From: Lophium mytilinum
Taxonomy: Eukaryota
NCBI GenBank assembly: GCA_010093605.1
Contig: MU004195.1
Coordinates: 372,001-436,000 of the forward strand
Reading direction: 5' to 3'
DNA: 64,000 nucleotides
Part shown: in pieces, positions 25,806 to 39,108 of the stretch
Position numbering within the stretch: the first letter of the stretch is position 1
Layout: every line of letters starts with the position of its first letter
Translations under genes and position numbers: made by a program
Notes under the pieces: generated by a model
The model's input: the letters and a program-made list of their open reading frames with translations, nothing else
What the model was told of the DNA's origin: nothing
Database searches by the model: none

Positions 25806-26929
25806 TGCGCTAGCTCTTCCTCTTTCCAAAGTTATTTTTCAATCACCGCACCTTGGTTCTTTGATCTAAGTTCCACAAGAGAGTTTGAAGGACATGTGCG
25901 CTGACTCCGTTGAGATGAGCAGCGGGGTAATGCGCCAGCCGTGACGTTTTCAGTATCAGGAGATTGGCTGCGGTTCGAGTATTGATGCATGATGGCTGCA
26001 TGGAACAACCTCCTGTACTATTCTAGCTTAGTGTATGCACGCCGACCCAACAAGGTTAGCTGTCTTGTTGAGCCCAATTATCTATAGCCTGGAGGGTCCA
26101 GTAGCCCCTTGTATAGATGTGTGATCACTGTACGAGAAGAAGCATAGACCTAGCTTAGTAGGGAGGTACGTGGGAATATGGCCTTCTTACGAGATAGGCG
26201 CCTATGTGCGAGCCTTTCTTTCCTTTATAGAATTAATCAACTTACTTTGCTTATGCACACAGTGAACACGCCGTGACATGCCTAATAAATGGTAGCTTTA
26301 GCACGATCGAGCCAAGGATCTTTTAAAGAAACCCCATTCACCCGCACCGAGCACTGAGTACGACTTGAGCTCTACTCTACCCGGACCTTACTCAACAGCA
26401 GCGTTGATTGCTCTAATACGCCCCGTTCTACAGCAGCACCGCGGACGACGCTCTACCAACCGGCCCCTTTCTTTCTACATCCTCTTTCCACTTCTCGCTA
26501 ATGCTCTCACTGCGGCTACCACCTGTTCTTAATGAGCATACGACCTTAGTTTAAGCATACGAAACGGAACGACCCACTCGTTACCAAGGATCAACGACGT
26601 CTCGAACGGTTTGACCTTCTACTCCGTTTTCTCTCTACAGACTCTTACATGGCAGAGTTCTTAGATGTTATTAATTTTATGGACGTCCCCCTCTGGGTGG
26701 TACACTACCCCCCGTGCCGCACCAAAAATTTAGTTCAGACATGTCACTTTCCCCTCGTTATTCTACCGAGTTACAATCAGTGCACAGTATTTCCTTAAAG
26801 ATTTCTGCTTAGAAAACTAGTTTGCAGCTAGAAAATACAGCGCTTTAATAATACTGTAGATCATTTCTTTCAGAGCATATAGAAGTTAGAATTGTATTCG
26901 CTTTGCATCCCTGCTGCATAGAATATAGC

Positions 26930-27006
26930 GGAGTTAGGGCGCACGAGATCAGAATTGAGTACGAGTATAACGAAGTTAGGGCGCAAGAAATCAGAATGGG
27001 GTACGG
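26930..27006. repeat. Two-copy ~42-bp tandem repeat within TA-rich intergenic DNA
   Basis: agttagggcgca(c/a)ga(g/a)atcagaat(t/g)g(a/g)gtacg occurs twice. Confidence 0.65.
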
Positions 27007-27835
27007 CTTTAGATATTCTGTAACCATCCACCTTTGTGGAATCCTCGATATACGGTTGATATTGGGATGTCGTGCACGTGATGTACAGCATATTGATACG
27101 TCCGGTGAACTAGCGCAGTTTCGAAGCCACAGGTGGAATAAGTGGCATTAGAACGAATGAAACCCTTTCTGGGCTAATTCCTATGAAGGCTGAGCTAAAT
27201 CTGGCAAAAGCCCGGTACCGCGACATGTTGATTTCTTGATTGACGTCGTTAACCCTCATCCGAGATTCACGCACTAGTGAGAATTGGTGGAGTATCTCGC
27301 AAGCAGATCTGGTCACGCTTAAAAGAATACAGATTAGCGGCTCAGCCCCTCAAATCCTTGCTACCTAATTCTCGGTGGTGGGTCAATCTCGCTGGTGGAT
27401 TAACGACGTTAATCAAGATCATCGAAAGCGGTGACAGGGGCTGTATGCCATTTGCAGTTGGGGAGCCACGAGATAGTCCGTGACAGCACGTACGGTATTA
27501 TATCTGAGGCTATCCAGCCTCTAGATCCGTGCTGCATGTACGGTCTTGATATAGCAAGGGAGTAACAGCTTGGCATACAAGGGTACCGACAACTCCTCTA
27601 AGCCTAGGTTTTGCGCTTGCACTCAACCCTTGTATGCGGTGCGGTATCTGTCTAAGAATATGCTGTATAGATCTACTAAATGAACGCTTCCCTACATAGA
27701 TCTAGTGTAATTCGAGGCCTGCACGGGCCTCTCTTTACGTGTATATAACCTAGCTAGATTCCTACATAAAACCGACATCTATTGTCTTCCATATTCTTAT
27801 ATCACGTGATCGGAAATATCGCACCCTTCCTCATC

Positions 27836-28753
27836 ATGGCCCCACTAGTCTGGCTCATCATTGGCAGCTCTTCTGGTTTCGGCCAAGAAATTGCCGTTCA
27901 GGCTCTCAAACGAGGGGACAAAGTCATAGCAGCGGCTCGCTCAGTCTCCAAACTCGAGGTGCTCAAGGAAGCCGGCGCGGAAGTCATTGCACTCGATGTC
28001 ACATCCGACGCCACACTTCTCAAGGAGACCGCAAGTACAGCCCATGGCTTCTACGGGAAAATAGATATTCTCGTCAACTGCGCTGGTTATAATGCCGCAG
28101 GTGCAGTTGAGGAGTGCAGGTGCGTTTCCAATTCTGCCTCATTGAAGAAGCTCAATCGGAAATGTTGACCTTTTTCCAGCCCAGACGAAGTCCTCGCCTC
28201 CTTCAACACCAATGTCTTTGGCCCTATGGCCGTCACCCGCGCCATTATCCCATACATGCGCGCTCAGAAGTCCGGTACAATCGCCAACTTCTCCAGCACA
28301 ATGGCCTGGACCGGCGCGGGTGGCCAAGCCCTCTATTCGGGCGTCAAGGCCGCCACCTCAGCGATTTCCGAATGCCTCGCGGCCGAACTCAAACCCTGGA
28401 ATATCAGCGTCATCTCCATAGAACCAGGTTCCTTCCGTACGGACTTCTTGGCAGGTGGCCATCTGACTCTGCCGAAGGCGCCGTTGAAGGAATATGATGA
28501 GACGCCGGCAAGGCAGGTTATTGAGTATATGGGATATATCAATGGGAAGCAGCTAGGGGACGTAGTGAAGGGGACTAGGGTTGTCGTGGACGTGTTGACG
28601 AAGAGTGGGAGTGCGGTAGGGAGGGAGATTCCAGTGAGGTTGGCGTTAGGACCGGATGCGTATGATACTATAAAAGGGAAGTGTGAGCAGATTATGGTTT
28701 TGCTTGATGAGTGGAAGGGGATCTCGACGGCAACGAATCACGCTGATATATAG
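27836..28753 (+). CDS. Classical short-chain dehydrogenase/reductase; intron 28120-28179
   Basis: VWLIIGSSSGFG, IDILVNCAG, catalytic YSGVK, and IEPGSFRT. Confidence 0.92.
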
Positions 28754-28942
28754 GGATAGACATTACACCAATAGACTCTGAAACTTATTATCTTCTCAAG
28801 AATATTAGTTTAAGCAAAATAGCTAAGTATCAGCACTATTCTTACAGTCAATGTACATGCAAGCTCCCACAGCACGGGCTCAAACCACCACTCAGCCAAC
28901 CCCTTTCAACACAGCAGCTTCCCCACCACGCGTATAGGAAAA

Positions 28943-30615
28943 TCAATAAACCATCACATTCCCCCCTGCGCCCAAATCAAGCCTCTCATCCCCCAACCTC
29001 TCGTCCCCCCGAATCCAAATCCTCGTATCAAACCCATCCCCCCTCACCCGGCCTCCCCCCACATGCCACCGCACCGGCCGGCCCCGCGACCACCTATCAC
29101 TCGCATGAAACAGCTCCCCAAACCCATCCAGCTCCCACCCCGGCTTGATACTCCCCTGCTCAACCAGCCGTCTCGCATTCCGCTGCGGCGTCGCCCTTCT
29201 CCTGAACCGCCGCAGCGCGAGCGGATAATGCACGCGGATGCGCTTGAGATTCCGCATCCTCGCGCCGTGATGCCGGAAGAAATACGACAGCAACCTATTC
29301 TGGCGCTTCGCGGCGCGCTCCACGAACTCCTTTAGCATGAGGTCGACGGTGTCTTCGCCGCCGGCTAGACGCACGCTTTGCGCGATCGGGGCGTCGTGGC
29401 CGTCTTGGCCGTACGGGCGGAGCTCGCGGACGTTTCCGGTTGTGTCGTTGTTGCCCCAGCCGTTGGGGGGCGGGCCCATGTTGAGGAGATCCGCGTATTC
29501 GATGGTGATCTCGTCGACGAGGTGGATGAAGGCGTCGAGGAAGAGGGGGTGGGCGAAGTAGCCGCGGAGGGCTTCGTCCGGGTTCCATTTGACTAGGCCC
29601 CAGTCTGGTGGCGGTGTGGGGGCGAAGTCGTTGAATTGGTTGAGTTGGAGGATTATGGGGATGCCGGCTAGACGCATGTCTCTGAAGATGGCGTGGACTT
29701 CGTCGAAGTTTATTTGTTTCCGAGTTTTTTGGATGAACCATGGGTGGTCGAGGCTTCTTGAATCTGCTCGGGTGAGAGAGAAGCGGGGCCGCCACTGGAG
29801 GGCTGCGACGGCGTCTTTGATCGCTTTGGGCTCCGTGATGGCCACGCAAAAGTGAGTATAGTCTATTGGCAGTTGGATGGGAAAGCTTTTGACCAGTGTA
29901 GTAGGGTTGAATACGATGTTCACGTCGTCGAGAGAAGTGATGTTTAGGCGGCCACGGTGGCGCGCCTGCACAGCTTGGATCTGCTCAAGGAGCGAAACCA
30001 CATCCATGGGAGTGGAAGAGTGCAGCCATTCCTGGTCCAACCACGGGGCGTTAAGATCCATGGGCTCCCCAGGCTGCTGATTACGCTCGCAATTCCGGCT
30101 CTCGAATTCTATGTCGTTGAGCAGGTATTTCATCCAAGCACCAAACGTAAAGCCGACGTTTCGGAGAGCGGGCAGTCCTGGGTGATCTGCTGTGGGTGTG
30201 AGAGGGTTGAGGTGCTCTAGTAGTAGGTATAGGCTTCTGACAGATTGGTGAGCTCCTACGAAATTGATAGTTTCCAGGGTTTGAGACGAGTACCGGAGGC
30301 ATATTTGGTAGAGACGAGGACCAATTCTTATATGTGTTTGAAGCAGCTTCTTTGGCAATAGCTTCTCCGGGATATGACCATTCAAGTGGGGTAAAAGAAC
30401 CTGTCCTGTATGCTATGGGGAGCGAGGATGACCGCAGGGAGAATGCCTTGAAGGGACATCAACCGTTGGCAGGATGCCAAGTGGACCGGGTGAAATTGCA
30501 GACTGGAGAACCACAAAAGCTGACGAGCGTACGTAGGAGACCAGTGTGGCGAGTAGTCCGGCAGCCGGCCGAGAAGAGTCTCATCGGTGAGGCTGATAAA
30601 GCTTGAGTCAATCAA
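28943..30615 (-). CDS. Hypothetical protein, possibly F-box-like with a decayed N-terminus (first in-frame ATG at 30133; may be a pseudogene)
   Basis: A 480-codon open frame (28943-30385) has coding-like bias but no ATG at its 5' end. An upstream out-of-frame segment, SFISLTDETLL, loosely resembles an F-box start. Confidence 0.5.
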
Positions 30616-31047
30616 GTCACTCCATCGCGAGATACCTAGGTAGCTGTAGAGCTACCTACGTGGCATATGTAGTAAGGGGCAGGTGGGGTGAAAATTAGGG
30701 GTGGCACGGACCTAAAAACCTGCGTAGCAATGCATTCTTACTCGTTGATCTGATAAAGGATTTATGGAGCTCTGGCTTGAATCGCGTTCGAAGCGTCTTG
30801 GATTAAACCGCTGATGAAGTAAGGAATTGAAGGCCGGACGAATCACCGGCCACCCAGCTGCCTCGGGAGACCGGAAGGCGATATCTTGTCCGTCGCCATA
30901 GAACTTGTAGTCTTAGCTACTCGTCGTATAAAGTCGGTGTGGGATGAGCAAGTGCAGTTGCTAGACCAGCGGTACTCACCTTCGTGATATGGACAGGCGA
31001 ACTTTAGAAGGCGAAACGAAATCTTAATGGTATCTGCTGATCACTCC

Positions 31048-32223
31048 TCACGCATCCTTATCTTCATCCCTGCCGGGCCACAGAATCTTATGTCTCAACA
31101 CTGCCCTCACATGGCTGAAAAACACGAAACACCAAGTTACCACGATGAGCACGGTCATCACGCTCCCCAACCACAGAATCCCCTCGCTCTCAAACCCGCG
31201 CCCAATATCGATCGTCGCAATCGTAAATCCAACATTCGGGAACACAAATGCCCACCATGTGAGATGGAACGCCATTTTGGGCAATCCGCCCAACGCACTG
31301 ATCACTGAGATGCAGAAGAACCAGAAGCCGAGCGCCCACAGGAAGCAGCCGGTGAAGAGCGCCATGGTCTGCAGCACTTCGATCGCAATGGGGTGCGTCG
31401 CGAAGAAACCGTAATTCGGGGGCAGCGCGTTCGCCATTCCAATCAGTGCGAGGGTGGTAAAGGAGGGCGGCCCGACCGAAATGAACATGCCGGGTCGGAG
31501 ATCAATAGCTGGTAGCCCGTCCGTCATGAGGTGGCCCAAATAAATCGGGTACATGATCATGCTGACCAGAATCCCTAGACCTTGGAAAGTCACGCCGGCG
31601 ACGATGATGGGGAGGCGTTGTTCTGGCGGCTGGTCGGGCGCGATGAGGCTTGCGATAGTCCCGGAGAGCATAACGGGAAAGACGGGCAGGATCCACGCAG
31701 GCGTCATAGAGTGAAACGTCAAATTGGCGGCGGTAAAGAGGAAGTAGTACTGGACTACGGCGACGGAGAAGGTGCAAGCGACGTAAATCCAGAAGATTAT
31801 TCGGAGGACCACGGGGAGCCAGGGACCGCAGGCGGGCACGCCATAGGCTTGGATGCCCAGAATCACTGTAGATATAGAAAGCCAGAAACATGGGTAGAAA
31901 AGGCTTTCTGCAGGATTATGGAGGGATTTGCGAAAGGCTCTGGGGAATAGTATGAAGCGAGCCGTTATTGCGGAAGTGAGTGAAGCAAAGAGCAGAAGAT
32001 CGAAGATGAACACGATAGTGCCAATAGTGTTCAAGCCTGGGAACTTGTGGGTTTGGGCGTGCAGGAGAGTTGCGAGGCCGCCGGTGGACATGGTAAGGGT
32101 GAACCATGCCCATGTGAAGTGTTGAAGTCGGTCTCGAAGTCCCAGGTGGCCTTGCCATGATGGCCGACGCTCGATATCAGCCTGCGTCGCGGTATTGTTG
32201 GTAACGACAGTAGTTAAAGACAT
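31048..32223 (-). CDS. Mae1-like C4-dicarboxylate/malate transporter (SLAC1/TDT family), intronless
   Basis: RLQHFTWAWFTLTMSTGG, WILPVFPVMLSG, RPGMFISVGPPSFT and FHLTWWAFVFPNVGF; about 10 hydrophobic segments. Confidence 0.93.
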   Translation of the reverse strand: MSLTTVVTNNTATQADIERRPSWQGHLGLRDRLQHFTWAWFTLTMSTGGLATLLHAQTHKFPGLNTIGTIVFIFDLLLFASLTSAITARFILFPRAFRKSLHNPAESLFYPCFWLSISTVILGIQAYGVPACGPWLPVVLRIIFWIYVACTFSVAVVQYYFLFTAANLTFHSMTPAWILPVFPVMLSGTIASLIAPDQPPEQRLPIIVAGVTFQGLGILVSMIMYPIYLGHLMTDGLPAIDLRPGMFISVGPPSFTTLALIGMANALPPNYGFFATHPIAIEVLQTMALFTGCFLWALGFWFFCISVISALGGLPKMAFHLTWWAFVFPNVGFTIATIDIGRGFESEGILWLGSVMTVLIVVTWCFVFFSHVRAVLRHKILWPGRDEDKDA

Positions 32224-33073
32224 GCGCACGCTGGAACCCAAATAGAAACGAAGAAACAAGAAGATGCGGAGGATGCGAAGATGGTGGTTGATGGCATGGT
32301 AATGAGGCGTGAAGGAGAAGCAACCTTATCAACGTCGCAGTCGGGCCTTTTACGCCGCCCATCACGTGAATTATGAAGCATGAGTGATCTTACTCTAACA
32401 CACCGCGCCCACGGGCTCGGGTGGAGAGATCGTTAAGATTAGCCAGGGCTCCATATATATGATAAGACTAGTTGAGTCGTGAAAAAGGGGATGTGGCAAG
32501 TCACGCCACTTTATAATCACACGTGATAGATATCTTCTGCATCAACCCACGTATGGCCAGAACCAATCTCTGCTACAAGCTTAACGTAACCAGGATTTCT
32601 GGATTTGGTATAACTCAGTAGATATTTAAGATTGCTTTTATAACATACGGAGGAGCAAACGTGAACTCTCAGCTTGCTCCTTGAAGGCGGGAAGTTCTAT
32701 TCAACATTAGCTCAGAAATAATAGGCCATAACCATATCTGTATTCGCGTCTCACATCTTCGTCGCTATTACTTTTTTTTCTTCCAAGCAGGTGCGTTCAC
32801 AAGCACAATGGAACGTCTAAACACGGCGCTGTGCTACGATTTCAAAAACACCTGATACGCGCGTCGATCAAGCACAGAAGTCCAACTCTGCAACACTCAA
32901 CCGCCCACTAAAATGAAACCGCTCATTGTTGCACGAACGTCAATCTCAATTGCAAAGCTTGAATCCCGAAGATGTTAATATATTATACAAGACCGCATCA
33001 ATCATCCGCCTAATCATTCCTCACTAATTACATACATCTCATAAACCCATATACATCATCGCCCGCCCCACCC

Positions 33074-35272
33074 CTACAACCCCGAATCAATCTGACTCAC
33101 CACATGCGTCCCCGTCCACGCACTCCAATCGCGACACGTCTGCGCCATCTTATACGGAATCTGCACCTCCTTCTCCAGCGTCGGGCTCTGCTCGAAGATA
33201 TTAATATTCATGCCCTCGCTGACATGCCACGCAACATGGCAATGGAACGGCCAAACCCCAGGGTTATTCAAGTCGATCTGCACGACCAGATACCCGTTCG
33301 GCTGGATCAGCTGCGTGTCGCGGCGCTGCGGGTTGGCGGCGTTGACGATGGTGCTGCCGTCCCACGACCCCACGCCCTCGGCCAGCACTTGCATGTTGTG
33401 GCCGTGAATGTGCATGGGGTGCGAGGCGGGGAAGCCGACGGAGGTTAGGATGAGGCGGACGGAAGAGTTCGTGCCGAGGTCGTAGAGGGCGCGTTCGATG
33501 GGCAGAGAGGCGGCGTTGCCGAGTTTCGCTTCGAGGCTGGGGATGGCATTAGCAATGATGAGGGGAAGGGGGAAGGGGGTGGGGAGCGCGTACAGTTCTG
33601 GGTCGTTCCAGTCAGCGCGGAAGGTGATGTTGTTCATCCACCATACGAACTGCCCGGTGCTGTTGTCGCCGCCGGTCATGAGGAACGAGAGGGTAGTTGA
33701 GGGCTCCTTGACTGGCATGGCGTACGCAGGAACTGTGACGTCGAGCGGCTGGTTGTTGCAATTGAGAGGGAAGAGATACCGGGAGTCGTTGATGCTGCTG
33801 GTTGTGTTTGGGGCGACGGCAGTGTTGGCATCCTCGTAGTAGATGGCGGCTGTTGTAGTGAAAGACAGCCCATCGTTAAGACTGCAGCCTGTTTTGCCTG
33901 TAGGTCCTAGACCGGCTTTAGAGGAGTCAGTGTTCAAACTTCCTATGGAGATGAAAGAGAGAGAAGTGATGCTTACAAGGTCCCTCGGTGATGCGCATCC
34001 ATACCGCGTCGGTTGACTTTCCTGTGGCCTCAACTACGATATCCGTCCGTTGACCAACAGCAATGGTCACCAGATCAGTGGAGTAAGGCTCGACGGGAAC
34101 GAAGTCATTCGCGATGACGGTCACATTGTAGCCATCAATGCTAAAGAAAATCAAGGCTTCGGCGCTGTGATTGATGAGGCGAAGAAGGTGTTTCTTCCCT
34201 TTCGTAAACTTGAACTGTGCCGAGCCGGCGTTGGGTGTGCAGGGCAGCTTGGTGTTACTGCAATTATAGCTTGCTTTTCCTTGAATTAGCTAGTCCAGTT
34301 AGCGGAGGTATCACAGAAATCTACTATGTGCATACCATATTTTCAGCCATAGGTGGAAGAATAGGCCCAGTGGGCGAGGCATAATAAACTTGTTCAAGCA
34401 AGTTGGTGTAATACGTGTGAAACCTACGCAGCATCAGTACACAATAGCTCAAGAGATCGATCAAGACTGGAGCAAAATTAAAGCGGAAGAATAGGACATA
34501 CCAATCACTCAGCATGACTGGACCGAGATCGATATCATAGTCATTTGATTTCGGACCATGGACGACAATTGGCCCCGCCAGCCCGTTGATGTACTGAGCG
34601 GACAGATGCCCATGCCACCAACTCGTGCCGTACAACTCCGCTCGAAATCGATATGTGAAGCTCTTCCCTGGCGCAATGGGGCACTGGCTAATACCAGGAA
34701 CGCCATCCTCGTACGGTGTTCCAGTTTGGAGGAATCCGTGCCAATGAATGCTGGTGCCCTCGGTCTCTAGTCCATTGGTGACAGTGACTTCAATCCAATC
34801 ACCCCAATTAGCTTCGATGAGGGGCCCGGGAAATTGGCCATTCACGACGAGCATTGGGATTTCAACACCATCGGGCGCAAGAGTAGTGTTTGTGACGGTC
34901 CAAGAGTAGGAACGCGTCATGCCTAGTTGATTTAGCAACATAATGGAATGAAAGAGATCGGGGGATTTACCGGTCATGGGAGTAGCCCCGGTGTCATACG
35001 GATTGGTGTTGTTGACTGTGCGGTCCGCCCATGGCTTTCCAAGGGGCATTGGGCCATCAACCCAATGGCCGAGGCATAGATGTTCCAAAGTGCCATACGT
35101 GCTGGCACCTATTTCACGTGTGAGCGTTTAAAAACTTGTAGTCGCGAGAGGAGAACGTACCATTCGTTCTAGATTGAAGCATCTTTGCTTCGTGAAGACC
35201 TCCGGAGAATGGTGAAGCAAGCACCGAAGTAACGAGTGACGCCGCAACGGCGATGTTTACAAAGAATCCCAT
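33074..35272 (-). CDS. Secreted laccase/multicopper oxidase (AA1), multiple introns
   Basis: Signal peptide; Cu motifs IHWHG, WWHGH, HPMHIHGH and HCHVAWHVSEGM (Met axial); ascomycete-type C-terminus DSGL. Confidence 0.95.
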
Positions 35273-36667
35273 CTTGCGGTTGTTGTATATCCAAGAGTTT
35301 AATTCGTCGACAGCGGCGCGATTGATATTTGAACGAAAGACAGTACACAAGTAAACAAACCTACCTACCTGCGGGACGAAAAGACAGGTGTGAGCCGGCG
35401 AACAGTACCTTGAAAATGCAGGACACCAGGGTTGAACTTTATAAAAATATGCTTATCGGCCAGACATAGCTGTTGATGCCCTGAACTAAGAGCCATCCAC
35501 CCAATCTGGACGCACCGGAAACCCATTCAGTCTGTCATGACCTAGCACTTTCCGGAAAAATGCCAGGCACTACGGCTGATCATATGGAAGGGCGAATTGC
35601 AGGAGTGCCTAAGAACAAAGCTTTGTGGGCCGCGGGATAGTGGCCGTCGATATCTCTTGGTGCATTTCACTGGCCGGCGCGGTGTGGCGTAAACTTGGGG
35701 CTGAAATGGGCGTCACGGGCATGGATGCCTGAAAGCGGAAAAGTAACTCTCAACAGGGCTCCGAATGTAAAACTTCTCTCTAGCATCGCTATTCCTGGCA
35801 AGTTTTGACTTTTGAGGTAACTTTTCTGTTTTCCCCAATTTCTTCAAGAAGCCAAAACCCATGAGTTTGATTCAGAGAACGCAAGGTCTGATGCCTTGCG
35901 CGTGCATAAAAATTTCCCCAATGCGGACTTGAACAAGAAGATGATGAATCATGATGCGGACCTACTGTGGCGCTAAGCATTCGCTAGCAGGCTACGCGCA
36001 TGGAGAGTGCGGAGTATCCTCCCGGGAATACACGGAGGCCTCCCCGACGACTCTTCACTCGTGCTTTGATCGGATCATAGACGTGACAGATGTCAGATCG
36101 GACAATTGTTCGACGTTGAGAAACGGCTCCCCACCCCGTGGGGTCGGAAGGTTGGTCGAAGTAACGCAAACCGGAGGGGCGATAGGGCATCTCAGCCGTC
36201 CATCGTGAGCACCGGTACCTGAAACAAATTTCAAACAGAGCCACATCTAGACTGCTTCTAATCAAATCCGGCTGTCGAAGGAGAAGTGAGATATGGAAAC
36301 GTGCTAGTGTGAAAAACATTTGAAGTAGTGGCAAAGCGTGGAAGGCGTCTCTTCGAGTGAGGGGCATCGAGGTATTATACTTTATTGCTCCGAAGAGCGA
36401 CTTTGAGACTAAATGATACTAAATGAGAGACATTGAGGCCAATGGAGGCATTGGTGTGGTGCTGGTGTTGGTGTTGTAGGCGGTGGTGATAAGGCTGACG
36501 TCGTGGCGTCTGGCACTGGCGTGCCAAAGCCGAAGAAGCCGGCCCGCGACTCTCAACACCACCAAACTTCACATCTCCTCTGCCCTGATTGTCTAAAACG
36601 TACGAAGCAGTTTATATTTCCCTGCTGACATATTTCTCTCTCCTTGATAGAATGTAGTACGAAGGTG

Positions 36668-38414
36668 TTAGACAAGTAGAACCTCTACTCCCAACCTCTC
36701 CATAGCCTCCCTCCACTCAAGTGTTCTTGCCCCGTTCTCTTCCTTGCGCACCCTCCAGCACTCTTCCAGCACAGCCAAAACCTTTGAGGAATTTCCAAAT
36801 CTAGGACCGCAAACAGGCCCTTGCGCCACCGGCCCCCTGAAGAACTCCTCCTCTTTTTCCAGTGCCATGGCGCCGGCAATGCACAGCGGCCAGAACAACG
36901 CACGAACCATCTGCCTATCTGGGAATGCTTCTAACGCAGCAAGTGTCCGCACCACGCCATTCCGGATCTCTGGTAGCTGAGGGTGTGGGCCTGAAACCAC
37001 GACGTGGACGTAGACAAGTGCGGCGCAAGCGAAAGCTTGAGTGATCAGGTAGACTGGATCCTGCGGCTTCAATGCCGAGGATTCAGGCGAGTGCAAAGCT
37101 GCCCTTGCCATCTCATCTAAGCTACCTTCAAGCTTTCTTTCAATGTCAGCCGCTCGACTCGCAAGCTCCCTTACACTCAACCTTCCACACGCCTGCTCCC
37201 CTCTCTTCCATTCATCTAGGGCCGCAATCTCCATGATGCAAATCATTGCCCAACTCTGACATCCCATAACCTTGTCAAGCTGGATGAAGCCATCGCCGAT
37301 AGCAAGACACCCCAGGGCGCAGTGGCAGAATGACTTTGCGCCTGTCGTCACACAGCTGAGAATATCATACCAAGCCATAACTCCAGCGAAGAAATACAGA
37401 GCTAAGTTGTAGGAGGATGAAAGCTCCCGCCGACTTTCTTGCATCCCAACGGTGCGCATATCATCGACGAAGATTGAGGCGGCGCGGAGGTGGACGCGCC
37501 AGCTGTCCGTGCGGTGGATGAATACCTTTTAGAGAGAATCAGCGTTGGTCACGTGGTCGGCATGCGTTATTAGACGGTCTTGCCTCCAAGGCGATCAGTA
37601 GAACCATAGAACACAGCATCTCGATGTTGTCGACTAAGCTTCGCTTCTTCGCACTTCCACTGATGGCCTCCAAATGCTTCCGCAAGCCTTCAATTGCCAG
37701 CACACGCTGCTCCTGAGCTCTTGCGGCCCCCCAACAGCCGCTTTCGGCGTATTTCACACTCGGACACCGTATGGATTGCAGGTGGTACGCAGCGAGGCTT
37801 AGGGCGGCGTAGTAGAGCGGCTTCGTCTGCATCAGAATGGAGAGGAGCCAGCCCCGACCCCCATCCAGTATGGAAGGTTTGTAGAAGGGGAATTGGAGGG
37901 GAAAAACGTGGTCGAGGTAGTGCATTAGCAAGCTAGCTTCATCTTCGTCTGAGTAGGCGAGGGAGCTGGATCGGGAGGAGGACAAGGTGCAGTCATTGGG
38001 GGATGAGGAACCGTCAGCGGTGTTGGTGCCCGATCTTTCGGAACTGTCGTCGTGCATCAAGGGCACAGTCAATTCGACAGACTGCTCAGACTGTGGAGAT
38101 GGTGATCGTTGATCTACCGTGCCAGTCCTTGCCTCCGCCGTCGACAGCGAGGTGGACGGCGCCGAGTCCTGGTTCCTCCGCAGCATGGCCGCCCGTCTCT
38201 TCTGGCTAGCCGTCTCTTTCACGGCTTGACGAATGCTTTCAGCCATGCGGCGCTCTCTGCCTTGCCCGTCCATCCATTGAGGCCGAGCGCCGTACCCATG
38301 GCACGTCAGGGCAAGGGAGGTGCAGACGGAACAAGCAGGGCTTTGCTCATCGCATTTCTTTCGCCTGAGTCGACATGTCCAGCAGCCTGTCGTACTTCTT
38401 GACTTGGATGACAT
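36668..38414 (-). CDS. Zn(II)2Cys6 transcription factor with a fungal-specific TF C-terminal domain; GC-AG intron 37583-37526
   Basis: GCWTCRLRRKKCDEQSPACSVCTSLALTC, YLDHVFPLQFPFY...GGRGWLL, WYDILSC, VMGCQSW and WPLCIAG. Confidence 0.92.
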
Positions 38415-38592
38415 CGAGCTGCAGATTGGTAAGATGAGCGGCCGCTGGGAGTACGGAAGCGATGCCGTGGATGGTAGCAAAATTGGTTGGGGGAACGCGA
38501 GACGACTACCAGCTGTGGACCTCGGCGGCAGCGCGATTAATTGAAAATGATAATAGAAAGAGACGAAGCAATTGGCCTGAGAGTCAACTGTT

Positions 38593-38614
38593 CGGTATGT
38601 CAGCGGTATGTCAG
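38593..38614. promoter_or_regulatory. Perfect direct repeat (CGGTATGTCAG)x2 in the divergent TF/SDR promoter; candidate zinc-cluster site
   Basis: Forms a CGG-N8-CGG direct repeat. A further CGGTAT lies at 38875. Confidence 0.4.
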
Positions 38615-39108
38615 CGAGCTAATAGTACAAATGGGCAAATCTTCATCCGCGGGTCGAGGTAAGCGCCGAAGTATCTGTAGCCGAGCCTCGTCTCGACTTT
38701 CCACCCGCCGAAGCCCCCTGGTCCTCGCCTATCTCTATCCAAATCGGTCCATAAACAAGCCACATCTGCTGAGAACATCCATCACACGTAGCTCCTAAGA
38801 GCCTATTGCCAGCTAGCGAGTCGTGACCGGCGGTTAGGCCTGGGATGAACTCGTAGACTGCTGAGCCACTACCGCGGTATCACCCTGGTATTGTCGATGG
38901 TACACTGTGGTCCGGACTTAGGGGCTACTTCAGTTGGGTGAACGAGTGCATTACCAATATTGAGAGGCAGAGAGCGCTATCAGCATCTAGGCAGGGTATT
39001 TCGCTTCCGTCGATATTATAAAAGGTGCCAAACTCCTCCCCATCTGAGAACTCAACAAACCGACCCTCTTGCAACCACCAGAACTCTCATCCCAGTCTCC
39101 CTCTCACA

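Noticed and set aside
26000..27750. TA-rich stretch suggesting a RIP-degraded transposon
   Set aside because: No TIR, LTR pair or transposase/RT motif could be identified.
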